DNA of 64,000 nt from an uncultured Planctomycetaceae bacterium (GCA_963785305.1 CAWAUV010000008.1:928001-992000), one strand, 5' to 3'; positions 43,607-54,637 are shown, counted from the stretch's first letter. The notes: a model not told the origin generated them from the sequence alone. Made by a program: numbers and translations.

Positions 43607-44947
43607 ATGCTTCCGTTTCGCCGGGCGATCGCTGGTTGGCTCGGGATGATCGCGCCGCTTGTCATCGGATGTTCGGCCGGGGGCGAAGGCGATCCGACGC
43701 TCATCAAGATCGTCTCCAGCATGCCGCGCACCGGCAGCGCCAAGGCCCAGACCGACACGATCGTCAACGGCATTCGTATCGCGCTCGACGAAGCGAATCA
43801 TCGCGTCGGCGAGTTTCGCATCGAATACGCCGACTGGGACGACGCCACCGCCGCCGCCGCTCAGTGGACCGCCGAAAAAGAAACGTCCAACGCGAAGCGG
43901 GCTGCCCGCGACCCCGATGTAATGGCCTATATCGGCACCTACAATTCGGGCGCCGCCAAGATTTCGATGCCGATCCTCAATCGCGCCCATCTGCTGATGG
44001 TCAGCCCGGCCAATACCGCCATCGGGCTCACGAAGCCGGGCCTGGGCGATCGCGGCGAGCCGGAAATGTATCGCCCCACCGGCAAGATCAATTACACCCG
44101 GGTTGTGCCGGCCGATGATTTGCAGGGCACGCTCAGCGCCGCTTGGGCCAAGGAGCTGGGGTTCCAACGCGTGTATGTGCTCGATGACAACGAAGTCTAT
44201 GGCAAGGGCCTCGCCACGGTGTTCGCCGACGCCTGCCGCGACCTGGGCCTCGAAGTGCTCGGACACGAAAGCATCGACGCCAAGGCCCAAGAATTCAAGT
44301 CGCTGATGATCGCCATTCGCGAGGCACGGCCCGACTTGATTTACTTCGGCGGCTCGACGCAGACCAAGGGCGGCCAGATTGCCAAGGACTTGGTTGCGGC
44401 CGGGCTCGACGCCAAGATCATGGTGCCCGATGCGTGTTTCGAAGATGCTTTCATCGCCGCCGCCGGCGCCAAGAACGTCAACGACCGGTGCTACGCCACC
44501 TTCGGCGGCCTTCCGCCCGACGCGCTCGTGGGCCGCGGCAAGGAGTTCGTCGAAAAATACACTCAGGTGTATCACAAGGAGCCCGAAGCCTACGCGATCT
44601 ATGGCTATGAGGCCGGTAAAGTGGCGCTCACCGCGATCGCGCGGGCCGGCAAGAAAGACCGCCAAGCGATCGTCGACGCGTGCCTCGCGATCAAGAACTT
44701 CGACCAGGGCGCCCTGGGACGCTGGTCTTTCGATGCCAATGGCGACACCACGCTCACGGCCATCAGCGGCAGCACCGTGCATGATGGAAAGTTCGAGTTC
44801 GTCAAAGTGCTCAATCAGCCAAACGCGGCGCCCGAGGCGACCGATGGTTCGGCGAAGGCGCGACACGGCGCGTCGCGCGTGAGGCCCGCCGACGCTCGAC
44901 CTTCGGCGGCTTTGAGCGCGAGCCGGGCCTTGGAGGGGAGTCGCTAA
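43607..44947 (+). CDS. livK: Branched-chain amino acid ABC transporter substrate-binding lipoprotein
   Basis: LVIGC lipobox, IGTYNSG, RVVPADDLQG, DDNEVYGKGLA. Confidence 0.88.
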   Translation: MLPFRRAIAGWLGMIAPLVIGCSAGGEGDPTLIKIVSSMPRTGSAKAQTDTIVNGIRIALDEANHRVGEFRIEYADWDDATAAAAQWTAEKETSNAKRAARDPDVMAYIGTYNSGAAKISMPILNRAHLLMVSPANTAIGLTKPGLGDRGEPEMYRPTGKINYTRVVPADDLQGTLSAAWAKELGFQRVYVLDDNEVYGKGLATVFADACRDLGLEVLGHESIDAKAQEFKSLMIAIREARPDLIYFGGSTQTKGGQIAKDLVAAGLDAKIMVPDACFEDAFIAAAGAKNVNDRCYATFGGLPPDALVGRGKEFVEKYTQVYHKEPEAYAIYGYEAGKVALTAIARAGKKDRQAIVDACLAIKNFDQGALGRWSFDANGDTTLTAISGSTVHDGKFEFVKVLNQPNAAPEATDGSAKARHGASRVRPADARPSAALSASRALEGSR

Positions 44948-44948
44948 T

Positions 44949-45899
44949 ATGGGGCTCCTGGCACTTGTCGACACGCCCGGCTCGGGGGAAATCTTCCTGC
45001 AGTTTTGCTTGGTGGGCCTCACCACCGGCTCGCTGTTTGCCCTGATCGCGCTTGGCTACACGATGGTCTATGGCATCGTCGAGATGATCAACTTCGCCCA
45101 TGGCGACGTGTTCATGCTCGGCTCGCTCTTGGCGCTGGCGCTCGTTTCGGGGCTGCGTTTGGAGTCGGCGAGTCTCGCGGGGCGGATCGCCGGGCTCGCG
45201 ATCACGCTCCTGGCGTGCATGGTGTTTTGCGCGGTGGTGAGCGTGGTGATCGATCGGCTCGTGTATCGACCGCTGCGGCATGCGCCGAAGCTCGCGCCGC
45301 TGGTTTCGGGCGTGGGCGCGAGCTTCGTGCTCGGCAATATCGGGCTTTTGTGGCTCGGCGCCGCGGATCATGATTTTCCCGACCTTGTTTCACGCCGCAA
45401 TCTGCTCGGCGAGACCGCCGCGGTGCAGATCACGATGAAAGACCTCATGGTGCTCGGAATCACGGCCCCGATCATGATCGGGCTCACGCTGTTCGTGAAA
45501 CGCACCTCGCTCGGCCGCGCGATGCGGGCCACGGCGCAAAACCCCATGGCGGCGCGGCTGATGGGAATCGATGTCGATCGCGTGGTGATGGCCACCTTCG
45601 CCATCGGCGGCGCCTTGGCCGGCGCGGCCAGCCTGATCTATGGACTGTATATCAACACGGTCAGCTACCAGATGGGGTTTCAAAACGGGCTCTATGCCTT
45701 CACCGCCGCCGTGCTCGGCGGCATCGGCAATATTCCCGGCGCGGTCGTGGGCGGCATCGTGCTCGGGCTCACCCGGTCGCTCGGCAGCGCCTATGTCGGC
45801 GAGCGCTGGACCACGTCGCTGATCTTCGTGATTCTGATCGTGATTCTCGTGTTCAAGCCATCGGGCCTGTTGGGCACGCGCGTGCCGGAGAAGGTATGA
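44949..45899 (+). CDS. livH: Branched-chain amino acid ABC permease
   Basis: ALIALGYTMVYGIVEMINFAHG, GRAMRATAQN, AAVLGGIG. Confidence 0.92.
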   Translation: MGLLALVDTPGSGEIFLQFCLVGLTTGSLFALIALGYTMVYGIVEMINFAHGDVFMLGSLLALALVSGLRLESASLAGRIAGLAITLLACMVFCAVVSVVIDRLVYRPLRHAPKLAPLVSGVGASFVLGNIGLLWLGAADHDFPDLVSRRNLLGETAAVQITMKDLMVLGITAPIMIGLTLFVKRTSLGRAMRATAQNPMAARLMGIDVDRVVMATFAIGGALAGAASLIYGLYINTVSYQMGFQNGLYAFTAAVLGGIGNIPGAVVGGIVLGLTRSLGSAYVGERWTTSLIFVILIVILVFKPSGLLGTRVPEKV

Positions 45900-47016
45900 A
45901 GTCGTTCGCCGGCAAGTTCCCGTCGTTTCCCTTGCTCGCGATCGCGGCGGCGATCGTGTATCCGCTGACGCCGGCGATCGAGAATCGCCTGTTTGGTTGG
46001 ACGCAAATCTCGCTGGGCGAGGAGCTCACGAATATCTTCATCTATGCGATTCTCGCCCTGGGGCTCAATGTGGTGGTGGGCTATGCGGGCCTCTTGCAGC
46101 TAGGAATCGCGGCTTTTTTCGGCATCGGCGCTTATGTCACCGGCATTTTGACCGTGCCGGCTTATCCGTTTCAAACCGGCTTTTGCGTGGCGCTCGTGGC
46201 TTCGACGCTGATCGCGGCGCTGGCCGGCTTGGCGCTCGCCGGGCCCACCTTGCGGCTACGCGGCGATTATCTGGCGATCGTCACGCTCGGCTTCGGCGAA
46301 GTGGTGCGCTGATGGTCTGCGCAATTTCGAGCAGATCACGGCGGGCACGCGCGGACTCAACCCGGTGCCCACGCCGCGCCCGCCGGCGCTCGTGACCGAA
46401 GGGCTTGATCGGCTGGGGCTCACGATCGACTGGCTCAACGATTATCGCCCGTTTTATTTTCTCACGCTCGGGCTGCTGGTCGCCACGCTCTGGATGCTGC
46501 GCAACCTGGAACGCGCGCGGATCGGCCGGGCCTGGAATGCGATTCGCGAGGACGAGCTCGCGGCGAGTTGCATGGGGGTGCGCGACGATGCGCGCCAAGA
46601 TGGCGGCCTTCAGCCTGGGCGCCGCCCTGGCCGGCATGGCCGGCTGTCTCTACGCCACGGCGCTGCGAAGCACGGCCGACCCAAACGCGTACGACTTCAA
46701 TCGCTCGATGATCATGCTCTGCTGCCTGATCGTGGGCGGGCTCGGCAGCTTGCGCGGGGCGGTGCTCGGCGTGTTTCTCATCATCGGTTTCGACAACATC
46801 GTGGCGCCGGCGGTGGATGGTTGGATTCAGAATTCGACGCTCGTCGAACGCGCGCACGATACTTTGAGCCGCGTGGCGGTGAACATCTCGCCCGATCGAC
46901 TGCGGACGTGGCTCTCGTTTAGTTCGTGGCGGATGATGATTTTCGGTCTGGCGTTGATCGTGGTCATTCGCTTCAAGCCGCATGGCCTGGCGCCGGCGGC
47001 GGCGCGGCGCGAGTAA
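45896..47016 (+). CDS. livM: Branched-chain amino acid ABC permease; frameshifts near 46310 and 46580
   Basis: GLNVVVGYAGLL, LRLRGDYLAIVTLGFGE, GRAWNAIREDE, VGGLGS. Confidence 0.88.
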
Positions 47017-47100
47017 TGGCGTGCCTCGTGGGTAGATGAATCGATTGCAATTCACGTCGCGTGGCGGCGCGACCCGTCGAAGCCTCGGGTTCCGTGGAAC

Positions 47101-48435
47101 ATGCCTCTTCTTTCGCTCAAGAATCTGACTGTTCGCTTCGGCGGGCTCACGGCCGTGAGCGAGGTGGATTGCGGCGTCGATGCCGGGCAGATATTTTCGA
47201 TCATCGGACCCAATGGCGCCGGCAAGACCACGGTCTTCAACACGATCAGCGGTCTCTATCGCCCGACCGAAGGCGCGATCGAGTTCGCCGGACCTCCGCT
47301 CGAGCGGCCGTTCACGCCGGCGGTGCTCGTGCGCGCGATCGTGTTTGGCCTGATCACCGGCTTGGGCGCCTTCTTCTTCTCCAGCGACCTCGACGGCCTA
47401 TGGGCCGCGACCATCAAGCGAAATTACATGGAGCGCGACGAACCCTTCGACCGCGCCGGCGCCCGGCGCGACTTCTTCGCCTATTTTCGCGGCGATCTGG
47501 CGGTCGAGCATCGCGGGCGCCGCTGGCTTGTCGTCACCGCCGATGGCCGCCAGCAACTCTCGAACGAGCCCGATCGCGATGCCGCGCTCGTGGCCCGCGA
47601 TCGGCTGCAAGCCCTCGTGACGGCGCTCGCCGCTCGCGGAACAGCCGCGGCCACCGTCCGGTCCGAAAACGCCGAGGATTATGCGGTGGCGTTCGATGGG
47701 CAATCGTTTCCGCTCGGTCGCTTTGGCGCTCCGGCGCTCGCCGAGCGGCAGCTCGCGCGGCTGCAAAAGCTCGCGGCGGCGATGCGACCGAGAACCTATC
47801 GCATCGTCGGCGGCGCGGCCCTGGGGTTTGTCGTGGGCTTTGCCGGCGCCTTGAGCGTGTGGCGCCGCTCGCGCCGCACTCCGGAAGTGATCGCGCTGGC
47901 CGGTATCGGCCGCACCTTCCAAAACATTCGCCTATTTCGCCATCTAAGCGTGCTCGACAATGTGCTCGTGGCTTGCGACCGGCGGCTGCGGGGCGGGGCT
48001 TGGCAAATGGCCGTCTGCTCTCCCGCCGTGCAAAAGGAAGAAGCCGCCGCCGCGCGACACGCCAGGGAGCTGCTCGCCTTTGTCGGACTCTCGGGCAACT
48101 TCGCCGCGCCGGCCAATAGCTTGCCCTATGGCGACCAGCGCCGCCTCGAGATTGCGCGGGCGCTCGCCGCCGAGCCGACTTTGCTGCTGCTCGATGAACC
48201 GGCGGCGGGCATGAATCCCTCCGAATCGACGGGGCTCGCGAGTTTGATCGGCCGGATTCGCGATCGCGGTTTGACGGTGCTCTTGATCGAGCATCACATG
48301 CGCGTGGTGATGGGCATTTCCGATCGAATCGCGGTGCTCGACCATGGCGTGAAGATCGGCGAAGGCACGCCCGGGGAAATTCGTGCCAACCCCGCCGTGA
48401 TCAACGCCTATCTCGGCAGCGAGGAGGTGACATGA
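47101..48435 (+). CDS. livG: ABC ATPase LivG with an internal insertion of about 195 aa carrying two TM helices
   Basis: GPNGAGKT, insert, RTFQNIRLF, LPYGDQRRLEIARAL, LLLDEPAAG, IEHHM. Confidence 0.88.
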   Translation: MPLLSLKNLTVRFGGLTAVSEVDCGVDAGQIFSIIGPNGAGKTTVFNTISGLYRPTEGAIEFAGPPLERPFTPAVLVRAIVFGLITGLGAFFFSSDLDGLWAATIKRNYMERDEPFDRAGARRDFFAYFRGDLAVEHRGRRWLVVTADGRQQLSNEPDRDAALVARDRLQALVTALAARGTAAATVRSENAEDYAVAFDGQSFPLGRFGAPALAERQLARLQKLAAAMRPRTYRIVGGAALGFVVGFAGALSVWRRSRRTPEVIALAGIGRTFQNIRLFRHLSVLDNVLVACDRRLRGGAWQMAVCSPAVQKEEAAAARHARELLAFVGLSGNFAAPANSLPYGDQRRLEIARALAAEPTLLLLDEPAAGMNPSESTGLASLIGRIRDRGLTVLLIEHHMRVVMGISDRIAVLDHGVKIGEGTPGEIRANPAVINAYLGSEEVT

Positions 48436-49145
48436 GTGCGCTGCTTGAGGTCGAGGGCCTCTCGGCCGGCTATGGCCCGATCGAAGCGATCAAGAACATT
48501 TCGCTGCATGTCGACGAGGGCGAGATCGTGGCCCTGATCGGCGCCAATGGCGCGGGCAAGACCAGCATTCTCATGGCGATCTCGGGATGTCTCGCCGCGC
48601 GCGGCGGATGCATTCGTTTCGCCGGCAATGAGATTACCCGCTGGCCGGCGTATCGGATCGTGCGCGCCGGCATTTGCCATTCGCCCGAGGGACGCAAGAT
48701 TTTTCCGCGCCTCACGGTGATCGAGAATTTGCGATTGGGGGCCTTTACCCGCGACGATCCGGCGGAGCTGAAGCGCGATCTCGAGCATATGTACGAACTG
48801 TTTCCGATTCTGGCCCAGCGGCAGCATCAGGCCGGCGGCACGCTGAGCGGCGGCGAACAGCAAATGCTGGCCGTGGCCCGAGCCCTGATGGGGCATCCGC
48901 GATTGCTCTTGCTCGACGAGCCCTCGCTCGGGCTCGCGCCGCTGGTGACGCTCAAGATTTTCGAGGTGATTCGCCGCGTGCATCGCGAGGGCATGGCGGT
49001 GCTGCTCGTGGAACAAGCGGCTCGCCTGGCGCTCAAATTGGCCACGCGCGGCTATGTGCTCGAAACCGGAGCAATTACGATGAATGATCGCGCCGAGACG
49101 CTGCTCAACGACCGCCGCGTGCAAGACGCATATCTGGGCGAATGA
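48432..49145 (+). CDS. livF: ABC ATPase LivF
   Basis: GANGAGKT, PEGRKIF, LSGGEQQMLA, LDEPSLGLAP. Confidence 0.93.
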   Translation: MSALLEVEGLSAGYGPIEAIKNISLHVDEGEIVALIGANGAGKTSILMAISGCLAARGGCIRFAGNEITRWPAYRIVRAGICHSPEGRKIFPRLTVIENLRLGAFTRDDPAELKRDLEHMYELFPILAQRQHQAGGTLSGGEQQMLAVARALMGHPRLLLLDEPSLGLAPLVTLKIFEVIRRVHREGMAVLLVEQAARLALKLATRGYVLETGAITMNDRAETLLNDRRVQDAYLGE

Positions 49146-49267
49146 TTCGCCGCGCGCCGCGTCCGATCCGGATTCCCAAGGCCGGCCGATTCGAGTAGTG
49201 TCGCGAGCCGGGAAGCGCTTTGTTTACTTATTGACTTGGGCCGATTGTCTTTTGCCTGGGAACTTGC

Positions 49268-49957
49268 ATGACGCCGGTCGTTGAATTCCTGAAATGGTTG
49301 CTGGGGCTCGCCCAGCCCGAAAACTTGCGCACGATCGTGAATCTGGGCGGCGCCTGGTGGGTCGGCTACTTGATCCTGGCGGCGATCATCTTCAGCGAGA
49401 CGGGCCTCTTGGTCGGGTTCTTTCTGCCGGGCGATTCGCTGCTTTTCACGGCCGGCTTTTTGGCGAGCGCCGGTGATGGCGAGCCGGTTTTCAACCTCGC
49501 GATCCTGTGGGGCGCGCTTTCGGCCGCGGCGATCTTGGGCGACGCGCTGAATTACTATTTCGGCCTGCAAACAGGCGAACATGTATTCGAAAAAGGCAGG
49601 CTGCGCTTCGTCAAGCACGAACATCTGATGGCGGCCCACGCGTTTTACGAACGCCACGGCGGCCAAGCGATCGTGCTCGCGAGGTTCGTTCCCTTGGTGC
49701 GCACCTTCACTCCCTTCGTGGCCGGAGTGGCCCGCATGGGCTATCGCCAATTCGCGATCTACAACATCGTGGGCGGCGTGGGGTGGATCGTGTCGATGAC
49801 ATTGTGTGGTTACTGGCTGGGCCAGATCGACATCGTGAAGCGAAACTTCCAACTCGCGGTGCTGGGCATCGTGGTCGTGAGCGTGCTGCCGATGGTGTGG
49901 AAGGTGGTGAGCAGCCGGCTGGCGACCCGTCCCACGTCGACCAAACCCGGCGAATGA
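49268..49957 (+). CDS. DedA family membrane protein
   Basis: FSETGLLVGFFLPGDSLLF, LARFVPLVRTF. Confidence 0.92.
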   Translation: MTPVVEFLKWLLGLAQPENLRTIVNLGGAWWVGYLILAAIIFSETGLLVGFFLPGDSLLFTAGFLASAGDGEPVFNLAILWGALSAAAILGDALNYYFGLQTGEHVFEKGRLRFVKHEHLMAAHAFYERHGGQAIVLARFVPLVRTFTPFVAGVARMGYRQFAIYNIVGGVGWIVSMTLCGYWLGQIDIVKRNFQLAVLGIVVVSVLPMVWKVVSSRLATRPTSTKPGE

Positions 49958-50097
49958 CGGTGGCGAAGCGACACTCGCCATAAAGCCATGCTCATAAATG
50001 ATTTGCGCTCCTCGGCATCAGTCAAGAGTCGTATTGCCCGCCTTTACCGACCCCGCTAGAATGCCGCGTTCCTCGGGGGTGGGAACCGCTGCCCGGT

Positions 50098-53000
50098 GTG
50101 GCGCCACGCTTCGAGTTTGCCCCCGGCGCCTTGAATAACCTGACGCCACAACACAGAAAGCGGCCCTTTGTCCACGGACGGACCATCGACGGCGGATCAA
50201 TCGTTCTTGGCGCACTGCTTTCTTTTTGGCACGCGCCATATTCTCGCGCGCCCTGGCTCACGATTGGCGTCGCGATCGGGCTCGCCGTGCTGAGCTCGGT
50301 CTATAGCGCCGCCCGGCTCGGCTATCACACCAACCGGCTCGACTTGGTGAGCCCCGATTCCGACTACAACCGCAAATGGACCGCCTACGCGACGGAGTTC
50401 GGCGCCAAGGATGACACGGTGATCGTGTTCGAGGGGGCCAGCCGCGAGAAAATCATTCCCGCGATCGATGAGCTCGCCGCCGCGCTGGCTCGCGAGGAAT
50501 CGCTGCAAACGGTGCTCGCCCGAGTCGACTTCGCCGCGCTTCGCTCCAAGGGTTTGTACTTTCTGGGGGTCGAGCAGCTCGCGGCGATCAATCAGCAGCT
50601 AGAAGCCGCGGGGCCGATCTTGGCCGGCGATTGGTCGCAGCTCAATGTGGGCCATGTCACGGCTCGCGCGCTCGGGGAGATCGAGCGTTCGCTCGGCGCC
50701 ATGATCGGTGTCGCCCCGCCCGCGACCGATCGCGCCAAACCCGGGACGAATGTTCCGACCGAAAATGGCAAGGCCGCCCAAGCCGCGCTCGCGTCGCCAG
50801 CCGCCGCAATTGCTCAAATGACCGAACGCCTCGCCCCGCTCGATCGCTATTGCCAAAGCCTCGCGGCGGCGCTCGAGCGCAAGCCGTTTGTCTCGCCCTG
50901 GCCGCGGGCCGGCGGCGAGTTGGGCTCGCTCAGTCAGTTCGGCTCGCGATACATGATCACGGCCGATGGCCATTTCGGCTTCATCACGCTCAAACTCGCC
51001 GATGGTAAAGACAGCTTCAACAAAAACGCCGAGTCCGCCGCCCTGCTGCGGGACATCATCGTTAAAAATCGAGCCCGATTTCCCGATGTGAAGATCGGAC
51101 TCACCGGGCTGCCGATTATCGAAGACGACGAAATGAACGCCAGCCAAGCGTCGATGCTGTTGGCGAGCATCGTGTCGATGATTGGAGTCGCCATTCTGTT
51201 CATCGCCGGCTTCGGAGGCATTCGCCACGCGCTTTTGGCCAATGCGATTCTGATCGTGGGCATGGCCTGGTCGTTTGCCTACGCCACCGCCACCATCGGG
51301 CATTTGAATATCCTCAGCGTCACGTTCACCGCCACGCTGATCGGCATCGGCATCGACTACGGCGTCTATTACTGCGCCCGCTATTTGCAACTCCGCAAAG
51401 AGCTCGGCTCCTGCGAGGCGGCGCTGCTTGAAACCTCGCGCTCGGCGGGGCCCGCGATCACGACCGGCGCGGTGACCACCGCGATCTCGTTCTTTGCCGC
51501 GGGCTGCACTTCATTCGTGGGCGTGGCCGAGTTGGGGGTGATTGCCGGCGGCGGTATCTTGTTGTGCGCATTGGCCGAACTGTCGATCTTGCCGGCGGCG
51601 ATCTTGCTGGTCGACCGCAGCAATGTTCGCCGGCTGCCCGAGCCGCTGGCGGTGCATGTCTGGATTCAACCGCTGCTCCGCGCCCCGCGTCTCACGCTCA
51701 TGCTGGGCATCGTGCTTACCGGCGTGCTCTCGCTCGGGCTGGGCAAACTTTGGTACGACAACAATCTACTGAACATGCAAGCCGAAGGGCTCGAGAGCGT
51801 CGAGCTCGAACGGCGGCTTCTCTCGGAATGCAGGCAAAGCTCGTGGTATGCGCTCAGCGTGGCCGATTCGGCCGAGACCCTCTTCGCGCGCAAGGCCGAA
51901 TTCGAGCGGTTGCCGAGCGTCGATCGCATTGAAGAGATCGCGTCGATCATTCCGGCCGACGTGGCGACGAAGCAAGCCGCGATCGAGGCGATTCGCGGGC
52001 GGCTGAGGAACCTGCCCGACCATGTGCCGCTGATTGCAGTCGAGCGGCCCGATCGCCTGGCCTGGACTCTTTCGCGGCTCGAGCGCGTACTCGCGCTCGC
52101 CGGACCGAAATCGCCGGTGGTGCGACATCTGGCCCACCTGCGCGGTCTTGTCGAACAAACTCCGCCGGCCGAATGCTATGCGCTGTTGACTCGCTTTCAA
52201 CAGCAGGCCGGCGAAGCGCTCTTCGCCGACTTGCGGCAAGTGCGCGAGGTAGCCGGCGTCGAGCCGCCGCGACTCGCCGACTTGCCTCCCGCGCTGGTCT
52301 CGCGGTTCGTCGGCAAGAGCGGCAAGCACTTGCTGCGAATCTACGGGCGCGGGAATCTTTGGGACACGCAGGCGCTCTCGCGGTTCGTGCATGATGTGCG
52401 GTCGGTCGACCCGAACGTGACCGGCAACCCGCTGCAAGCCCATGAAGCGTCGCTCGAAATGAAGCAAAGCTATCAGCAAGCGGCGCTGTATTCGCTGCTG
52501 ATTATCATCGCCGTGCTGTGGCTTGATTTTCGGAGCGTGCGGCATGCGCTGCTGGCGGCGGCGCCGCTGGGCGTGGGAGTGCTCGAGGCGTTTGGCCTCA
52601 TGGGCTGGCTCCAGATTCCGCTCAACCCGGCCAATTTGATCGCGCTGCCGCTGATCCTGGGCATCGGTGTCGATTACGGCGTGCATATCGTGCATGAGTT
52701 TCGCGAGCAGCGCGGACCCTATCGCATGTCGCCCGGCACCGCCGTGGCGGTGCTGGTCGACGCGCTCACGACCATCATGGGCTACGGCGCGCTGATGGTG
52801 GCCAGCCATCGCGGCTTGCAGAGCCTGGGCCGCGTGCTCACGCTTGGAGTGACTTGCTGCTTGTTCACGTCGCTCATTCTGCTGCCGGCGGTGCTCACCT
52901 GGGCCACCCGCAATCGCAAGGCCGCGCCGGAAGCGAGCCTCGGCGACGAACCTTTGGAAGCCCCCGGCGACGCCATTGCCGATCCCGCGGCGGCGCCCGT

Positions 53001-53139
53001 GGAGAATGAAGCGCGCACTGCGGACGGACCCGACACGGATGGCGCCGACATCAAGGGGCCCGAAATAGCAGGGCCGATCCACAAAGCGCCAGCCGGCTTG
53101 CGACGACCGCGGGCAGCGCCTCGCCCGATGGCGGCATGA
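50098..53139 (+). CDS. MMPL/RND-family transporter (HpnN-like)
   Basis: Two TM bundles with LIGIGIDYG and ILGIGVDYGVH; start uncertain. Confidence 0.85.
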   Translation: MAPRFEFAPGALNNLTPQHRKRPFVHGRTIDGGSIVLGALLSFWHAPYSRAPWLTIGVAIGLAVLSSVYSAARLGYHTNRLDLVSPDSDYNRKWTAYATEFGAKDDTVIVFEGASREKIIPAIDELAAALAREESLQTVLARVDFAALRSKGLYFLGVEQLAAINQQLEAAGPILAGDWSQLNVGHVTARALGEIERSLGAMIGVAPPATDRAKPGTNVPTENGKAAQAALASPAAAIAQMTERLAPLDRYCQSLAAALERKPFVSPWPRAGGELGSLSQFGSRYMITADGHFGFITLKLADGKDSFNKNAESAALLRDIIVKNRARFPDVKIGLTGLPIIEDDEMNASQASMLLASIVSMIGVAILFIAGFGGIRHALLANAILIVGMAWSFAYATATIGHLNILSVTFTATLIGIGIDYGVYYCARYLQLRKELGSCEAALLETSRSAGPAITTGAVTTAISFFAAGCTSFVGVAELGVIAGGGILLCALAELSILPAAILLVDRSNVRRLPEPLAVHVWIQPLLRAPRLTLMLGIVLTGVLSLGLGKLWYDNNLLNMQAEGLESVELERRLLSECRQSSWYALSVADSAETLFARKAEFERLPSVDRIEEIASIIPADVATKQAAIEAIRGRLRNLPDHVPLIAVERPDRLAWTLSRLERVLALAGPKSPVVRHLAHLRGLVEQTPPAECYALLTRFQQQAGEALFADLRQVREVAGVEPPRLADLPPALVSRFVGKSGKHLLRIYGRGNLWDTQALSRFVHDVRSVDPNVTGNPLQAHEASLEMKQSYQQAALYSLLIIIAVLWLDFRSVRHALLAAAPLGVGVLEAFGLMGWLQIPLNPANLIALPLILGIGVDYGVHIVHEFREQRGPYRMSPGTAVAVLVDALTTIMGYGALMVASHRGLQSLGRVLTLGVTCCLFTSLILLPAVLTWATRNRKAAPEASLGDEPLEAPGDAIADPAAAPVENEARTADGPDTDGADIKGPEIAGPIHKAPAGLRRPRAAPRPMAA

Positions 53140-53306
53140 TAGCACGCGCCCCTCTGGCCGCGTCGCCCGTCGCAAATCGCCCGCGCACATATTGCGATCG
53201 AGCGTGGTACAATAAGGTAGAGGCCGCTCGGGTTCGACCGGTAGGGCTCCGGGACCGCGAAGCATTTTGTCGATGGCCCAGGGCGATCGGAAAGCAGATT
53301 TTTGCC

Positions 53307-54189
53307 ATGCTTCGCGCGTCGCAACTCTCCATGCTCGGTTGGATCTTCGCCGGTCTGCTTGTTGGCGTGGCTGGTTACGTGGTGCTGGCTCCCAGCCGCC
53401 CCTTGCCCGAGCCAGCGATCAGAACCGACTCTCCCGCCGTCGGCGATGCGTCGAGCGCAAGCGGCGAATGCGAAAACTGCCGCGCTCCCGCGCGTTGGGC
53501 GGCCAAGCCGGTCGATAAGACACCAGCGCTATCGGTCCCCGCCACTCCAGCTCGACCCTCGACCGATGGCTCTCCGCGGTCATGCCACTCTTGGCGCTGC
53601 CGCCGACGGCTCCGGGCGAGATGGCCGCGAGGGGCAACTAGCCCGCGCTGAACCACCGATTGTGGCGGTTCCCCGCGCCGACGCGGCCAAACCCTCGCCG
53701 ACATCCGACACGAATGCGAGCAGCGAAACTCGCGACGCTTCCGACGCCGCGCTTCCCGGCATCGGCCAGGCGCGAATGGATCGCGTCGATGTGCCCGCCC
53801 AGCCGCCGAAGGAAGATGGCGAATCGCTGCCCGAGCCGCGCGAGCCCGGCTTCGGCGGCCTGAATCTGGCGAGCCTGCATCCGGCCCCCACGTTCGACAA
53901 CATCACGGTGCGCGACCACGGCGATCGAGTCGTGCTCCACGGCACGATCAACCTGCTGCCGACGCTCGAACGCATCGATGCCGGCCGGCGGCTGGAATAT
54001 CCCGACGACGGCAGCGTGTTTCAAAACCGCGAACGCCGCCTGCCGGCGAGACCGCGGGGCTACTACCACGAATATGTCGTTCGCACGGAACGACTTTCGG
54101 GACCGGGCCCGCAACGCGTGGTCGTGGGCGCGAGCGGCGAAGTCTACTATTCGCCCGACCATTACCGCAGCTTCCACCGGCTGCCGTAG
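53307..54189 (+). CDS. Membrane-anchored guanyl-specific ribonuclease (RNase Sa/barnase family); frameshift near 53580
   Basis: N-terminal TM, long linker, DGSVFQNRERRLP, GYYHEY, QRVVVG, YYSPDHYRSF. Confidence 0.85.
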
Positions 54190-54212
54190 CCCTCGCGACT
54201 CGCAGGCGTTCG

Positions 54213-54599
54213 ATGGCTCCGCTTGGCGATGCATTCGAGTATTCATCGGCGGGGGCCGCATTGCCGGCTAGCGTCGGGAACCGTGTGTTGGTGACATTGC
54301 CGCGAAGCTGCCGGACCAAACAGTCACTGCTGACCGAATATGCTCGCCAGCTCAAGCTGCCCGACTATTTCGGTTGGAATTGGGACGCGCTCGAAGCCTG
54401 CCTCCGTGATCTCACCTGGCTCGACGCCGGCCAAGCGGTAATCGTGTGGCACCAGGGTCTGCCACTTCGGGGACACGCCCGCCGCGTGTACCTAGAACTG
54501 CTCGACGAGACCGCCCGGCACTGGCGGCATTCTCCCGCACGGCAAGTTCGCTTTGTTTTTCCCGCGCCGCTGCGAGATCGAATCACCGCGGCCCGTTAG
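54213..54599 (+). CDS. Barstar family RNase inhibitor
   Basis: LKLPDYFGWNWDALEACLRDLTW directly after the RNase. Confidence 0.9.
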   Translation: MAPLGDAFEYSSAGAALPASVGNRVLVTLPRSCRTKQSLLTEYARQLKLPDYFGWNWDALEACLRDLTWLDAGQAVIVWHQGLPLRGHARRVYLELLDETARHWRHSPARQVRFVFPAPLRDRITAAR

Positions 54600-54637
54600 C
54601 AGCGTTGAAATATTCAACGGGCCGAGCCGCCGGGGCG

